Of a stretch of DNA of 64,000 bases, positions 1-10,430 are shown one piece after another. The notes under the pieces are model-generated. The model was given only the letters and a program-made list of their open reading frames with translations. It was not told the origin of the DNA and made no database searches. The first letter of the stretch is position 1, and every line of letters starts with the position of its first letter. A program made the translations under genes and the position numbers. This DNA comes from Parcubacteria group bacterium LiPW_15 (GTDB lineage Bacteria; Patescibacteriota; Minisyncoccia; UBA6257; 2-01-FULL-56-20), in NCBI GenBank assembly GCA_007375645.1, contig VMER01000003.1, forward strand, positions 10,008 through 74,007, written 5' to 3'.

Positions 1-313
1 TGGGCACAGCTCCCGGATATATGCGACCGGGTGCGCAAGGCTTTCGCCTACGGCTTTATAGCCACTGATTCATGTAAACTATTCTATTTCCAGCTACTGT
101 TCATAGTATAGCATTTTGATATCCTCATGGGAACACCAGGATTCCTTTCGATTTCTTAATTTCTCTCCGGAAATCAATCTCAAGTGGGGATGTCCCGCAG
201 AGGAGAGGGGTTTCGTGGCGTTTTACTGGCTTTTTCGGCTTTTCGGGCGGAAATTGATTTCTTCGTTTTTTTCAGTTTATCAGTTTCCCGCGGCCGGCCT
301 TAGCCACCCTTTC

Positions 314-655
314 TTAGGATTTTGTCTCTGTTCTATGCAAACCTATCATAGCCGGCACGAGTAGCAGCACGAAGAAGTAGGTCCACGTTTCAGTTAGCGG
401 AGCTGGATTTGGGTCCGGATCCATGCAGTTGTCGAAACTGTCGCATCCTCCCTTGCCCGCTATGCTTGCGGCCACTAAAGCAATGAGTGCTATCGCAAGT
501 ATCCACTTGCTGATCACGAATATGTATCGTTTCCACGAGGTTATGTCTCTTTTCTTTTCTGCGAAATCGCGCGAAATCTTGTACGAGGCATATATAACCC
601 ATCCCACAAAGAGCATCCCTGCGGCTCTTTCTATGCCGGTTAGTATTTCATTCAT
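314..655 (-). CDS. small hypothetical membrane protein
   Basis: ORF of 113 aa with hydrophobic segments; 4-nt overlap with the downstream minus-strand ORF suggests an operon. Confidence 0.3.
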   Translation of the reverse strand: MNEILTGIERAAGMLFVGWVIYASYKISRDFAEKKRDITSWKRYIFVISKWILAIALIALVAASIAGKGGCDSFDNCMDPDPNPAPLTETWTYFFVLLLVPAMIGLHRTETKS

Positions 656-1149
656 GGCGTAGTTGTCGATCCATGATAGAACGGCTCCGCCTCTTTCAGG
701 GTTTTATTGATCATATCCACCTCCGCTTGTACCTGAGCGGCTTTTTTTATCCGATCCACATCCCTCTGCCATGCTGCGCGCCGTTCTGACGTATCATCGA
801 ATGGCATTGAGAGCCGACTGCACCAGATTTGCACCTGTTCGTCTTTCAGTGAAGCACAGATCAACCTGGTTATTTCATCTGGCGTTCTGGTTATTTTCTT
901 TGGCGTCTCTGGTAGTTGTGATGTTGCTGGTTCCGAAGTGGTGTCTTCAGAGTCGGTTTTTATATCGCGTTGAATCGCTGTGTCACCCAGCCGTTCTTCC
1001 GCCTGCTCAACTACCACCGATGATTGCGCCGAGCGTTCCTTGTTTTTGATTATAGAAACAGTGGCTACTGTACCTCCGGCGAGTGCCACAACTCCCATAA
1101 TGATTATCGCTATGAGCGGTATAAATCCTCCACGCTTTTTGTCATTCAT
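652..1149 (-). CDS. membrane-anchored hypothetical protein
   Basis: 165 aa with an N-terminal TM helix (FIPLIAIIIMGVVALAGG) and a charged extracytoplasmic tail. Confidence 0.35.
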   Translation of the reverse strand: MNDKKRGGFIPLIAIIIMGVVALAGGTVATVSIIKNKERSAQSSVVVEQAEERLGDTAIQRDIKTDSEDTTSEPATSQLPETPKKITRTPDEITRLICASLKDEQVQIWCSRLSMPFDDTSERRAAWQRDVDRIKKAAQVQAEVDMINKTLKEAEPFYHGSTTTP

Positions 1150-1437
1150 GTTTGTATGAATTGTTTCAGGACGACCTTTGCGTCCTGGTGCGTGGATTCT
1201 TTATGCGCAAAGACCCCAGCACCAGGCGGAACCTTGCGGCTCCCATACAGGTTTCCCTGTATGACGCAACGAGCGATCCTGATGTGGGGATCTTTATGCT
1301 CGTTGCGTTTTTGACCATGCCGCCGGAAATCCGAGGGTTTAGGTCTGGGGATTAACCCCTATTCAGTTGTTATATCAATACTACCACCAACGTAAGCAAA
1401 ATCCACATTTCTGTGGATTTTGCTCGTTACTACTTAA

Positions 1438-4400
1438 TTAGAAATCGCTTCTTTCTTCTTCTGTCTTTGCATTTTCGATGGCGCGTTTACGTTGGTTAAT
1501 GTAATCGTCCAACCACCTAATAACTCTTTGATCCGTTTCTTTTTTTCTTAGTGGCAGTATGGCTTCTAGCATTTTTTTATGGTGTTCACTGGCTTCTCCG
1601 GACCATCCTTCCGTAAAGAAATTAGCGGCGAGATTTCTTCTGACATCCTCTCTATCTCCATAGCGTATGAGGATCTCTCTAGCTAAGCACACTTGTCCCG
1701 GATCATTTGAGAATACATTTGGTACCATATTGGCGATAAACCAGGCTCTTTTCTCTACATCTTTATCTATCCATGCCCACAAGGCGTCGAGTTTTATCTT
1801 TCCTATTACCGATGGATTTGCATGATCTCGAGCATCAAAGAATTCATTCGAACTGAGCCAATGTTTGAAGATGAAATATCCTTTTTCTTCCAAGCTATCC
1901 AACGCTTTAAGCCACAACTCGTTGGGGTATGCTTCCGATATTTTCATCAGTATGCCTCTTACATACCTGTCGGCATGATCCACTATACTGCCGGAGTTGC
2001 CAAGGCTATTTAGCATCAATGTACCTATTTTCACGACAGCCTCTTTGTCTGCACCATATTTTTCCAAGAATTTATTTGCTGTTTGGGACCACGTATAGTC
2101 GTCCATGACATCCGCACGCTCATCGGATTCAGCAAAGAACATTGGGTCTGTGAGTACTGCTAACGTAAGATCTTTTGGTATTTCGTGTCCCGATTCCTTA
2201 TCAACGTAGTAACGGGAGAATACATCAAGCGCGATAGAAGATGTTATTTTCTTACTTTGCCCCATAAGAACCATGACAAATTGCTCTAGCGTTTTTTCTC
2301 CAAGTTCTCGTATTGATACCCCGTACTTGAAGTGGCTAAGCAAGACGGGATTTATTTTCCCATCTTCTACAAGAGAGAGTATATTTTCCATTATTTGGTC
2401 TGTAATACCTGCCCTCCAGGCCAACTCCGGGAGTAGTGGCACAAACAATTCTTCCTTTGAGAGATCTCCAAACAACAATTCCCACTTGCTTGGATTTTCT
2501 TCAAATATAGTTCGAAGATAGCCACCGAGAAAATACTGACTTGGCCGTTTCTCTTCGGGCGTATTCCTACGTGCTTCCAGAATTATATTGAGTAGTTTTT
2601 TTTCTTTATCTTTTTCTCCTAACGCATGACCGAAAACATATCCATTTCCAGCCTCGTCTGTCACCAGCCAAGGTATATTCTTTAGAAGTTCTGATTGGTC
2701 TTGGTATGCTTTATCAGCAAGGTCAGCTATTCTTTTTTCTTTTCCCTGCTCATCGTATTCATCTCGCTTCCGAAAGTAGTCTTCAGTGAGATTCATAGCT
2801 ACATAGCGGTTAAGTAGGGACGAAAGGTCGTCTGGAACCAACTCTTTATAGAACTCTTCCCATTTCGATTTTATTTCTTGAGGCAACTCATCGTGTCCGT
2901 AATATAGGATATGGACCACCGCTTCTATAAGATCATTTTTATTACCTCCTTGTTGGAGTATCTTCCTGGCTGAATCAAGTGCTAATTCAGAGGATCCTGG
3001 ATTTCTGCCAAAGACCTGAGTCTGATGCATAAGAGTCGTCATTATTGAGTTTTTACTATTTTCAGTGACGACATTAAGTGCTGCCATTAACATCTCCCAA
3101 ACCTTGTTTGTATATTCCCGCGTCTCTTTTGGGTGTTCGCGAGGATCCCAAAGATGGGGCTCTCGTCTAATGCCTTGGTATTCTGCTCCAACCGCTCGGG
3201 TAAAATGATTCTCCAATGCCAACGATAGCGCTTGTATAGCTATGTTTTCTTTGACTGGATCTTTAGAAAACAACAATTCCTCTAAGAGTGGCAATCTAAT
3301 AAGCGGTGATTCTTCTGTGGCAGTGAAGATAGAGAAGAAATCCTTGAACGTCCCCGTCGCATTATTCGAATAGATTCTATCGTTTTCCGCTTCTGCTAAC
3401 CTAAGCAAGACACGCATGGCTCTCACGAAGAGTCCTTCCCATACCGCGATACGTTCTATCGCCCAAATCACTTGCCTTCGTCCCGTTTTGAACTCAAGGA
3501 GCTGCTCATTGTTCCATTTTGCGACTGTTGTTTCTAACCGCTCCAGAGCTTTTTCGGGAGCGGCTTCAGCGAGTGCTAAAAAAAAATCTGATTCTCTTTC
3601 TTCTTTTAGCAGTAACCCATCCGCAAACGGTCCGCTATCGCCGAGGAGATATTCTACGGTTTTCATTGCCGCTTGAGATTCTTGAGCGAAGCGAAACATT
3701 TCGTTAAATCCTGAAATGAGCGCGGGCGGCAGCTTGGTAAAATCGTTGATATCAAATGCTGCAGCCGAATGTTGGTCCCACCACTCAATCCACAGTTTCA
3801 CCTGCAAGGGTTTTGGAGTGATGTAGTATGTTTTTTCTCCTTGAAGGATTTTTCGATCGTGAAGGTTTTTGATATGTTCATCGAATCGCGCCCTGGTGAT
3901 TGAATTATCATATTTGTTTACCAAGCCGAATATCGCAGTTGCTTCTTCCGCAACTGGTGGCTTGAATCCAAATCTCTTGAATAATGAGAGAAATCGCATT
4001 ATTAGCATGCGCTCTCGAACAGCTTGGCTTGTTGGATCATCTGTGCCAGCAATATATCGGTTAATCACAGGAACATTGTCAGGTTCCTTCAAGATATCTT
4101 TTGAGTTGCTTTGAAGGTTTTCACCAATAATTCCCGCCCAACGAGGAGAGCCTTCGCAAAATGACGCCCATCTTCTGACGTGTTCCTCTGGCACGCCATA
4201 TTGTTTTAGAATTTGTGCAACCTGATCATCTCCGAGCGGTGGAATTGGTAATAGCTTTGTGGTCCCGGCACGCTCGGATCCTTCGTTATATATCGTGATT
4301 AGGCGTATTCTTTTACCGAGTGATTGGACTCTATTCCAATATCTTACAGCTACGTCTTGCGAACATTCGTCTAGCACTAAAACAATCTCGAAAGCGTTAT

Positions 4401-5235
4401 CCGCCATTCCAATCTGCCCCAGGAAACCTTGATTCTCGAGTTGGCTCGGATTGTCGGTATAAACTACGAGGGACCTGATTTTTTCTTCATTCAGGGATTC
4501 GAGCACTAGCCGAGTTTTTCCCACGCCAGATTCTCCAACTATCCTGAGATGGATAGCATCGGTGTTAGCAAGTAGCTGTTCTCTGATCTCTTGAATAATT
4601 TCCTTTTGCGGTTCTCCCAGGGTGAGCACTTCTGGCTTCATGTCGCCGTGCATTTTCCACCCGTCCAGTGTTTCGAAGACTCCGCCACTACCTCGTCCAT
4701 TCACCATGAGGCGTATGGATGGAAAATCACCGAGAAACCCCTTTATAGTTGTTTGTCCCCATATGCGCACAATCGCATTTTGATACCCGCAAGTAGCCAA
4801 CCATTCTTTGATTTTCGTGATAGCTCTATTCGTTTCTTGTTCATTCGGATCCAAGCCAAAACACACGAAGGTTAGGTAGCCATTGGCGTCGAGACAATGA
4901 ACGACACTTTCACCGAGATTTTCCTTTTGCACTGGTTGATTCCTTCTAAATAATTCATTTTGCAGGGCTCCATCCGTAAGCACAAAGGTGGTTCCGGTTT
5001 TTATCTGGAAGCCAGAATAGTTTGCCTTGATCAATTCGCTCTCTATGCCGGTGGTATTATTTGAAGACGCATCAATACCGCCGTCCGGTGCGGTTATCCG
5101 TTCGGATATTCTTATTTCCGGCAAAATACCGAGCCTTCGTGCTTCAGCCCATAGAATATCACGGAATAATTCAACGGCTTGTTGTGACCCAAGCCTCCCG
5201 ATTTGTTCATTTTCTACATTCAGGAAACCGTTCAT
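1438..5235 (-). CDS. Mrr-like nuclease domain plus STAND-type P-loop NTPase (Avs-like antiviral ATPase candidate)
   Basis: 1265 aa; N-terminal 'APDGGIDAS...GFQIK' matches the Mrr_cat PD-(D/E/Q)xK signature (DGGID...QxK); Walker A GESGVGKT and Walker B IVLVLDE; long helical C-terminal region. Confidence 0.6.
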   Translation of the reverse strand: MNGFLNVENEQIGRLGSQQAVELFRDILWAEARRLGILPEIRISERITAPDGGIDASSNNTTGIESELIKANYSGFQIKTGTTFVLTDGALQNELFRRNQPVQKENLGESVVHCLDANGYLTFVCFGLDPNEQETNRAITKIKEWLATCGYQNAIVRIWGQTTIKGFLGDFPSIRLMVNGRGSGGVFETLDGWKMHGDMKPEVLTLGEPQKEIIQEIREQLLANTDAIHLRIVGESGVGKTRLVLESLNEEKIRSLVVYTDNPSQLENQGFLGQIGMADNAFEIVLVLDECSQDVAVRYWNRVQSLGKRIRLITIYNEGSERAGTTKLLPIPPLGDDQVAQILKQYGVPEEHVRRWASFCEGSPRWAGIIGENLQSNSKDILKEPDNVPVINRYIAGTDDPTSQAVRERMLIMRFLSLFKRFGFKPPVAEEATAIFGLVNKYDNSITRARFDEHIKNLHDRKILQGEKTYYITPKPLQVKLWIEWWDQHSAAAFDINDFTKLPPALISGFNEMFRFAQESQAAMKTVEYLLGDSGPFADGLLLKEERESDFFLALAEAAPEKALERLETTVAKWNNEQLLEFKTGRRQVIWAIERIAVWEGLFVRAMRVLLRLAEAENDRIYSNNATGTFKDFFSIFTATEESPLIRLPLLEELLFSKDPVKENIAIQALSLALENHFTRAVGAEYQGIRREPHLWDPREHPKETREYTNKVWEMLMAALNVVTENSKNSIMTTLMHQTQVFGRNPGSSELALDSARKILQQGGNKNDLIEAVVHILYYGHDELPQEIKSKWEEFYKELVPDDLSSLLNRYVAMNLTEDYFRKRDEYDEQGKEKRIADLADKAYQDQSELLKNIPWLVTDEAGNGYVFGHALGEKDKEKKLLNIILEARRNTPEEKRPSQYFLGGYLRTIFEENPSKWELLFGDLSKEELFVPLLPELAWRAGITDQIMENILSLVEDGKINPVLLSHFKYGVSIRELGEKTLEQFVMVLMGQSKKITSSIALDVFSRYYVDKESGHEIPKDLTLAVLTDPMFFAESDERADVMDDYTWSQTANKFLEKYGADKEAVVKIGTLMLNSLGNSGSIVDHADRYVRGILMKISEAYPNELWLKALDSLEEKGYFIFKHWLSSNEFFDARDHANPSVIGKIKLDALWAWIDKDVEKRAWFIANMVPNVFSNDPGQVCLAREILIRYGDREDVRRNLAANFFTEGWSGEASEHHKKMLEAILPLRKKETDQRVIRWLDDYINQRKRAIENAKTEEERSDF

Positions 5236-5275
5236 ACTTTGAATTATACCGAAAAATCCTATAATTTATAGGGAC

Positions 5276-5581
5276 ATGGATCAGTTGTTTATTCAAATTG
5301 TTGGGGGCCTTATCGTCGCGGCATTAGCTGCGTGGTTTGGTTTTGGTGGGACCAAGAGAGTGATTATTCACCGTGCTGGTCCAAGGCGCAGAACTGGAAA
5401 GTGGATCATTCTAATTTCTGTTCCTATGATTTTTGGAGGCCTTGCCTGGATGGGTAACAGCAACCCGCAAGGCTTTGATGATTGGATAAAACCACCGGCT
5501 GTATACGGATTTACGCTCGCTGGCTATGGTGTCATTTTTTTTGTGATTGGAAAAATAGTTGCTTGGTTCCAACGGCCCTAG
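5276..5581 (+). CDS. small membrane protein (2-3 TM)
   Basis: 101 aa with hydrophobic helices; TATAAT hexamer 12 nt upstream of the ATG. Confidence 0.4.
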   Translation: MDQLFIQIVGGLIVAALAAWFGFGGTKRVIIHRAGPRRRTGKWIILISVPMIFGGLAWMGNSNPQGFDDWIKPPAVYGFTLAGYGVIFFVIGKIVAWFQRP

Positions 5582-5621
5582 GTCCCTCGAATAGTTTTGT
5601 TTTATTGCGCTATAATAGCAG

Positions 5622-6426
5622 TATGCCAAGAGTCGACGATGCACTTCAATTCATAATTTCTTGTCTTCGGTCTTCCCCCATGTCTGCTCGGAATTATGGG
5701 TATGACGTATATATCCCAAATGTTTGCAGAACTTACGTTCGGGAAGTTGAACATATTACCGATCAGACTTCGGCAGAGCGACGTGCCCACGAACTTATTG
5801 GCGGTGTTTTTTATGATGCGGCTTGGGAACTTTGCCGCCGAGGCATCCTGCGCCCAAGCGTTCGGGGCAGAAATGAGCAATCGACCGATGACGGATCTGC
5901 AGGCAATGGTTACTCGATAACCACACTCGGCAGATCCTGGCTTGATGAAAATCAGGGCGTTCTTTTTATTCCAACCGAACCTTCGAGAGTAGCGGAGCTC
6001 ATCGGGCGTTTCCGGGGTGATTTCGGTGACGGTTTTTTTCAGAGAGCCCAGGAAGCAGTCAGGTGCTATTCAGCGGGAGCATATCTTGCCTGTTGCGTAA
6101 TGTGTGGAGCAGCAATGGAATCCGTACTTTTACATTTAGCGATTCAGAAAAACGGTGATGAAGTGGCGGTTATGAGAACTTACCGGACTTCAATGGGGAG
6201 GAGTAGAGTCGAGACTATTATTTTACAGGGGGTGCCCGATCACTTAGCGAGAACGTTTCGAAGTTCGACTGACTTATTGAAGTACTGGAGAGACGACGCT
6301 TCGCACGGTGCAGCTTCTGTGATCACAGAGTTCGAGGCATACGAAGCCATTTCGCGTCTCCTCCGTTTTGTTCTATTTGCAGTAGGTCACTTACCGGAGT
6401 TCACGGGTTCTCCTCGGAGAGCGTAA
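5622..6426 (+). CDS. hypothetical protein with a HEPN-like Rx4H motif (possible Abi/toxin component)
   Basis: Start chosen at MPRVDDALQF because the 5482 start overlaps the previous gene; 'YWRDDASHG' fits the HEPN Rx4-6H catalytic motif; cysteine-rich helical region. Confidence 0.35.
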
Positions 6427-8024
6427 GTTCTAACCTCGTTCAACATGTGGAGCCACATGGGATTTGCCACGTCTAAAGCGTGGCTTTTCTCTTTATTAGA
6501 GCCTTCATTGGGAGGTTCTAACCGTCCGATTTTTTGTTTTGATGAAGATGAGACGAGAATCATCGGCAGAAGCGCGGAATCCGTGTCAATGCTTATGTTT
6601 TTGTCCTTTAAGAGGAGGTTCGAACCAAGGGCGGATAAAATTACTTTTCTCGCGTGCTGGCCACGTTCCGTGAAGGCTTCTTTGGCATCGGTTGCGAATT
6701 TGAGCACGTTGTCTGCCGTCTGCAGCCAGCTGTCCACTCTGGCATCGGTGTCGTTCAAAAGCTCGTGCAGTTTTGCTTTTTCTTGATTGATCGTCGATTT
6801 CTTTCTTGCAAACTCTTCCTCGCTTATTTCCCCAGCTGCGCGCATATCTATAAGAGCGTCCAGTTTCCGCACACATGCTTCGTAATTTTTTTGCTGATTG
6901 GAGAGGATCGCATTGCGGTCAGCTGCCTCCCGACCGTTCTCGTTCTGCAACCACTTCATGGCCCAGCCGTGGAATTCTTCCGGTGGCCGGACTTTAGCGA
7001 GTGTGCCGGTGATCTGCTTTTCCATTTCTTTCACTTCTATGCATTTCTGAGTGCACGGACCTTTGCGTTTCGTGCAGTGATAGTAAGTGTAGTGATGAAC
7101 GTTGCCGTTCTTATTTTTCTTTGTCTTATTCTCGGCCGTGACCATGCATCCACACTCACCACACCGGATCATGCCGGTGTAGGCAAAGGAATGCGCTTCT
7201 GGCTTCGGTTTACTGCCACGGCCCAGGAGTACCTGAACGCGATCATATTCATCGCGCGTGATCATCGGCTCGTGCTTGCCCTTGTGCCAGTTGCCCGATC
7301 CGGCCGGCCATTCAAACCATCCGTAGTAGAATGAGTTGTAAAGCACGCGATAAAATCCGCTTCGGGCCAGTTTCTTTAAACCCCACTGATTGACGGCAAT
7401 TTCGTGGACGCGTGGCGCGGTATATGTGCCGCTCAAAATCATATTGAACATTTTTCGGATAATCGGAAACATCTTTGGGTCTTTGCGGATCGTCTTAAAG
7501 CCTTTCATCTTATCCGGCGTGTTCATATAGCCGATCGGAGCAACACCGGGATGCCAGCCCATTTCTACTTTGCGTCTTAAGCCTCGTTTTACATCCACGC
7601 CTTTGTTGTCGTTTTCAAGCTTGGCTTGGCTACACAAAAGGTTTAGTAAAAACTTATCGTTTGGAGAATTCTTAAATGCCTGTCCGGGTGTTCGGATTTC
7701 GAGAAGTTTATTCTGGTCCATAAGGTAGACCAGGTAGCCGGTGTCCACGGAATTACGTGAGAGCCGGTTCGGATGCCACGCAACAATGCCCTCCGCTTCA
7801 CCTTTCTCTATTCGTTTTATCATCGCGTTGAAGATCTCCCGGCCCGGTGCTTTGGCTGAGTAGGATTCTTCGAGACGCTCCACAATCTGAAGCTTTTCCC
7901 GTTTTGCGAGTGCTTCCAATTCGCTCTTTTGCGAGTCAATCGAAAGGACCTGTCTGTCTTCTTGTTCTGAAGATTTTCGAGCGTAGAGGAAGTACTTGAG
8001 TCTTGGTTGTACTTCCTGGTTCAT
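6387..8024 (-). CDS. large serine recombinase (integrase/resolvase family)
   Basis: 545 aa; N-terminal resolvase motif YARKSSEQEDRQVLSIDSQ with a catalytic Ser; recombinase domain followed by a Zn-ribbon (CGECGCM...YYHC) and a coiled coil. Confidence 0.8.
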   Translation of the reverse strand: MNQEVQPRLKYFLYARKSSEQEDRQVLSIDSQKSELEALAKREKLQIVERLEESYSAKAPGREIFNAMIKRIEKGEAEGIVAWHPNRLSRNSVDTGYLVYLMDQNKLLEIRTPGQAFKNSPNDKFLLNLLCSQAKLENDNKGVDVKRGLRRKVEMGWHPGVAPIGYMNTPDKMKGFKTIRKDPKMFPIIRKMFNMILSGTYTAPRVHEIAVNQWGLKKLARSGFYRVLYNSFYYGWFEWPAGSGNWHKGKHEPMITRDEYDRVQVLLGRGSKPKPEAHSFAYTGMIRCGECGCMVTAENKTKKNKNGNVHHYTYYHCTKRKGPCTQKCIEVKEMEKQITGTLAKVRPPEEFHGWAMKWLQNENGREAADRNAILSNQQKNYEACVRKLDALIDMRAAGEISEEEFARKKSTINQEKAKLHELLNDTDARVDSWLQTADNVLKFATDAKEAFTERGQHARKVILSALGSNLLLKDKNISIDTDSALLPMILVSSSSKQKIGRLEPPNEGSNKEKSHALDVANPMWLHMLNEVRTYALRGEPVNSGK

Positions 8025-8025
8025 A

Positions 8026-8889
8026 TTAGTTTTGGAACAAGTCGGTGGTGTTCAGATAGTAAATCAGTTTACCGCCACTTGATATTATGATTCTGGCAAT
8101 CGGGTGCTGCCACGGATCGCCGGTCAGTCCGTCCGGCAGTGAGGCGTTTTTGTCTTCCCATTGCCATTCATTGGCAGCCGGGTTTGCTGCGCCTGGTTTG
8201 CTTGAGATGTATTTAAGCTGGATGTCGGAGCGAAGCATGAATTTTGTGTGTTCCGGGTCTCTGCCGAAATAAGCGAAGGCAATTTGTTCGATTTCAGCTT
8301 TGGTCTTCAGCGGAGTTTCCAGCGATCCGTTACCAGGGCAATTACCTGGCGTGGTAGCGTTGCGTTCTATCGGATAGACAATTCCGATTTCCACGACCTG
8401 ATTCGTTTTTTGCGTTACCTGATATTGATAAACTTCGCAGCGGTCGTTGATGTAATCTGTTTGCTGGAAGATATAGACCGGCCGGTCCCATTCTTCGGGA
8501 TTGTCGGCCGTAAATCCGCCGTCGTTCTGTTTAACGTTGCTTAAGACGGCAAAGTTCGATGGATGATTATTTTGTCCGGTGTATTGCAACTCAAGATTCG
8601 GTTCTCCCATGAACGTCTGAATTGCTTGCTCGGCTTTCACAAGCTCTGTTTGGCTTGGAGGGTTGTCGTTTACAAAAATCCTGCCGTCCGGAGTTTTGCA
8701 CTGATCTGGATAATGCTTAACGATCGGGTAACCGGCCTCAGAGCATTGCTCGAATGTCGTAATTGAGGCTACGTCTGCATTCGTGCCTCCGCGCGGTGCT
8801 TTGTTTCCTAGAAGGTAATAAACCCCGAATCCTGCCCCAAAGACCGCTACAAGGGCGATTACGGTGGTTATTTTGGCTTTGTTTGTCAT
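8026..8889 (-). CDS. secreted or membrane-anchored hypothetical protein
   Basis: 287 aa; N-terminal TM/signal sequence TTVIALVAVFGAGFGVYYLL; immediately downstream of the recombinase. Confidence 0.4.
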   Translation of the reverse strand: MTNKAKITTVIALVAVFGAGFGVYYLLGNKAPRGGTNADVASITTFEQCSEAGYPIVKHYPDQCKTPDGRIFVNDNPPSQTELVKAEQAIQTFMGEPNLELQYTGQNNHPSNFAVLSNVKQNDGGFTADNPEEWDRPVYIFQQTDYINDRCEVYQYQVTQKTNQVVEIGIVYPIERNATTPGNCPGNGSLETPLKTKAEIEQIAFAYFGRDPEHTKFMLRSDIQLKYISSKPGAANPAANEWQWEDKNASLPDGLTGDPWQHPIARIIISSGGKLIYYLNTTDLFQN

Positions 8890-9173
8890 ATGATTGTTTT
8901 CATTAATTATTTAGTCGACCTAAGCACAACATGGTCCTAAGGTCGAAAGAAGTCAAACACTTGATTACTTACATTTTACGCCTTTATTTACAGGTTGGGT
9001 ATCTATTCTTGTGTCGATTTTGTCCTCCTTTTATCCGGTTGTCTTCTCAAAAATCTGCCCAAGTTTCACCCAAGCTTTGCCCAACCCCTATTTTTTAATT
9101 TTTGACGAGCTATCTTGCTTTATTTAAGCTTTATTATTATTTCTTTCTTACTCAATCTTTATTACTAAGTGCT

Positions 9174-9614
9174 TCATGGTGGACCTGGGCCATGATTCTC
9201 TAAGACACCTGACCGTGCTTCATTATGAACCCCGGCAGATTGGAGAAGTCTGGGGTTGAGGCGATACAAAGTTCCGGCCCACCGGCCGCGCTCCGATGTT
9301 CCTGGTCTAGTTTCTATTAGCCCAAGACCGGCAAGTTTCTTTCTAACCCGGCGGCATGTTGATCTGCTGAACCCGAACGAAGCGAACCCGCGCTCCTTGT
9401 CTTCGCGCGTGGTAAACAATCGGTCGGTATGCCAAAACCAGCCGTCTGCATTTGCATAGCGGTTTGAGAGATGGCAGATAACCATGAGAAAATCCCGCTC
9501 GGCGTGCGTGAGCGAATTCTTCAGCTGGTCGTCATCGAAGACCAGGTGAGGAGCTGGAAAGAAATTTAAGCTTTTACCACGTGTTGTCCGGTTCGGTTTG
9601 TTCATATGATTCAC
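9174..9614 (-). CDS. hypothetical phage/plasmid-like DNA-binding protein
   Basis: 146 aa; basic segment with winged-HTH-like character (SRSTCRRVRKKLAGLGLIE); lies in a mobile-element context. Confidence 0.3.
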   Translation of the reverse strand: MNHMNKPNRTTRGKSLNFFPAPHLVFDDDQLKNSLTHAERDFLMVICHLSNRYANADGWFWHTDRLFTTREDKERGFASFGFSRSTCRRVRKKLAGLGLIETRPGTSERGRWAGTLYRLNPRLLQSAGVHNEARSGVLENHGPGPP

Positions 9615-9882
9615 TAAATATTTCAGCTACTTTTTCACTGACGGCTTTTTCGACCAGGACGCCGACTTCGTGGTTAATTGGATGAAAAATATTAATGTTT
9701 TGTCCGGCCACTTTGCGCGTTGGGTACACAAGCCGGTATCCGCCCTCACGTCTGGAGAACACGGCCACCGATCCCATCCAGAATTTACTGTCCAGAACAA
9801 ACGAAACAAACCCAAGGAGGCCGTCCTGGGGTTTAACCGGGTAGAACTGTATTTCGCTAATTGTGGTTGGTGCTGAGGTCAT
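9574..9882 (-). CDS. SpoVG-like protein
   Basis: 102 aa; ISEIQFYPVKPQDGLLGFVSFVLDSKFWMGSVAVFSRREGGYRLVYPTRK...FHPINHEV resembles the SpoVG fold family, which is common on phages. Confidence 0.5.
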   Translation of the reverse strand: MTSAPTTISEIQFYPVKPQDGLLGFVSFVLDSKFWMGSVAVFSRREGGYRLVYPTRKVAGQNINIFHPINHEVGVLVEKAVSEKVAEIFSESYEQTEPDNTW

Positions 9883-10057
9883 GGCTTTTCACTACTTTTT
9901 CTTTGAAATCGTCTATATTCGGCTCACCCATGTAGGTGATCTTGTAGAGCTTGAAAAGATTATTCGCGCGCAAAGCAGCCTCCTCATCGGAGAGCTTCAC
10001 GCCGTAGCGTTTTTCGTAAAGCGTTTTAAATTCTTCGATTGCTTCTTGGGGCAACAT
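9857..10057 (-). CDS. small hypothetical protein
   Basis: 66 aa; overlaps the SpoVG-like gene start in an apparent operon. Confidence 0.25.
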   Translation of the reverse strand: MLPQEAIEEFKTLYEKRYGVKLSDEEAALRANNLFKLYKITYMGEPNIDDFKEKVVKSHDLSTNHN

Positions 10058-10384
10058 AAAAGGCTGGCCCCTGCCGGGAGCTAGCCTTTATCTGTCTAAT
10101 CAAATTCGTCAGTCTAATCGAGGCACCTTAGCCTCAGAGGGAAATTATTTATCAGCAGAGCTAGTTGGAAAACAAAAAACGGGACCACGACTCTTGTCAT
10201 CAAATGCACACGCCGAATGGCAGTGCCGATAACAGTAGTCGTAGTCCCGTCGCGTTTAGACTGAGAATTCAGTCGCCGTCAGACCAACTAACTCTGATGT
10301 ATTTATTTTAGCCGATCCGGAAAAATGCTGCAAGACCCGTTCGCTGTGGACAAGAAATTGTCTGACAAATTCTAATGACAACTT

Positions 10385-10413
10385 TTGCCATTTTTGCCAT
10401 AAAGCGATACAAT
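10385..10413 (+). promoter_or_regulatory. candidate sigma70-type promoter for the HTH-mod-res-NTPase operon
   Basis: TTGCCA, 17-nt spacer, TACAAT; lies ~18 nt upstream of the AAGGAT RBS and the ATG at 10431. Confidence 0.35.
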
Positions 10414-10430
10414 ACCAATAAGGATTTATT

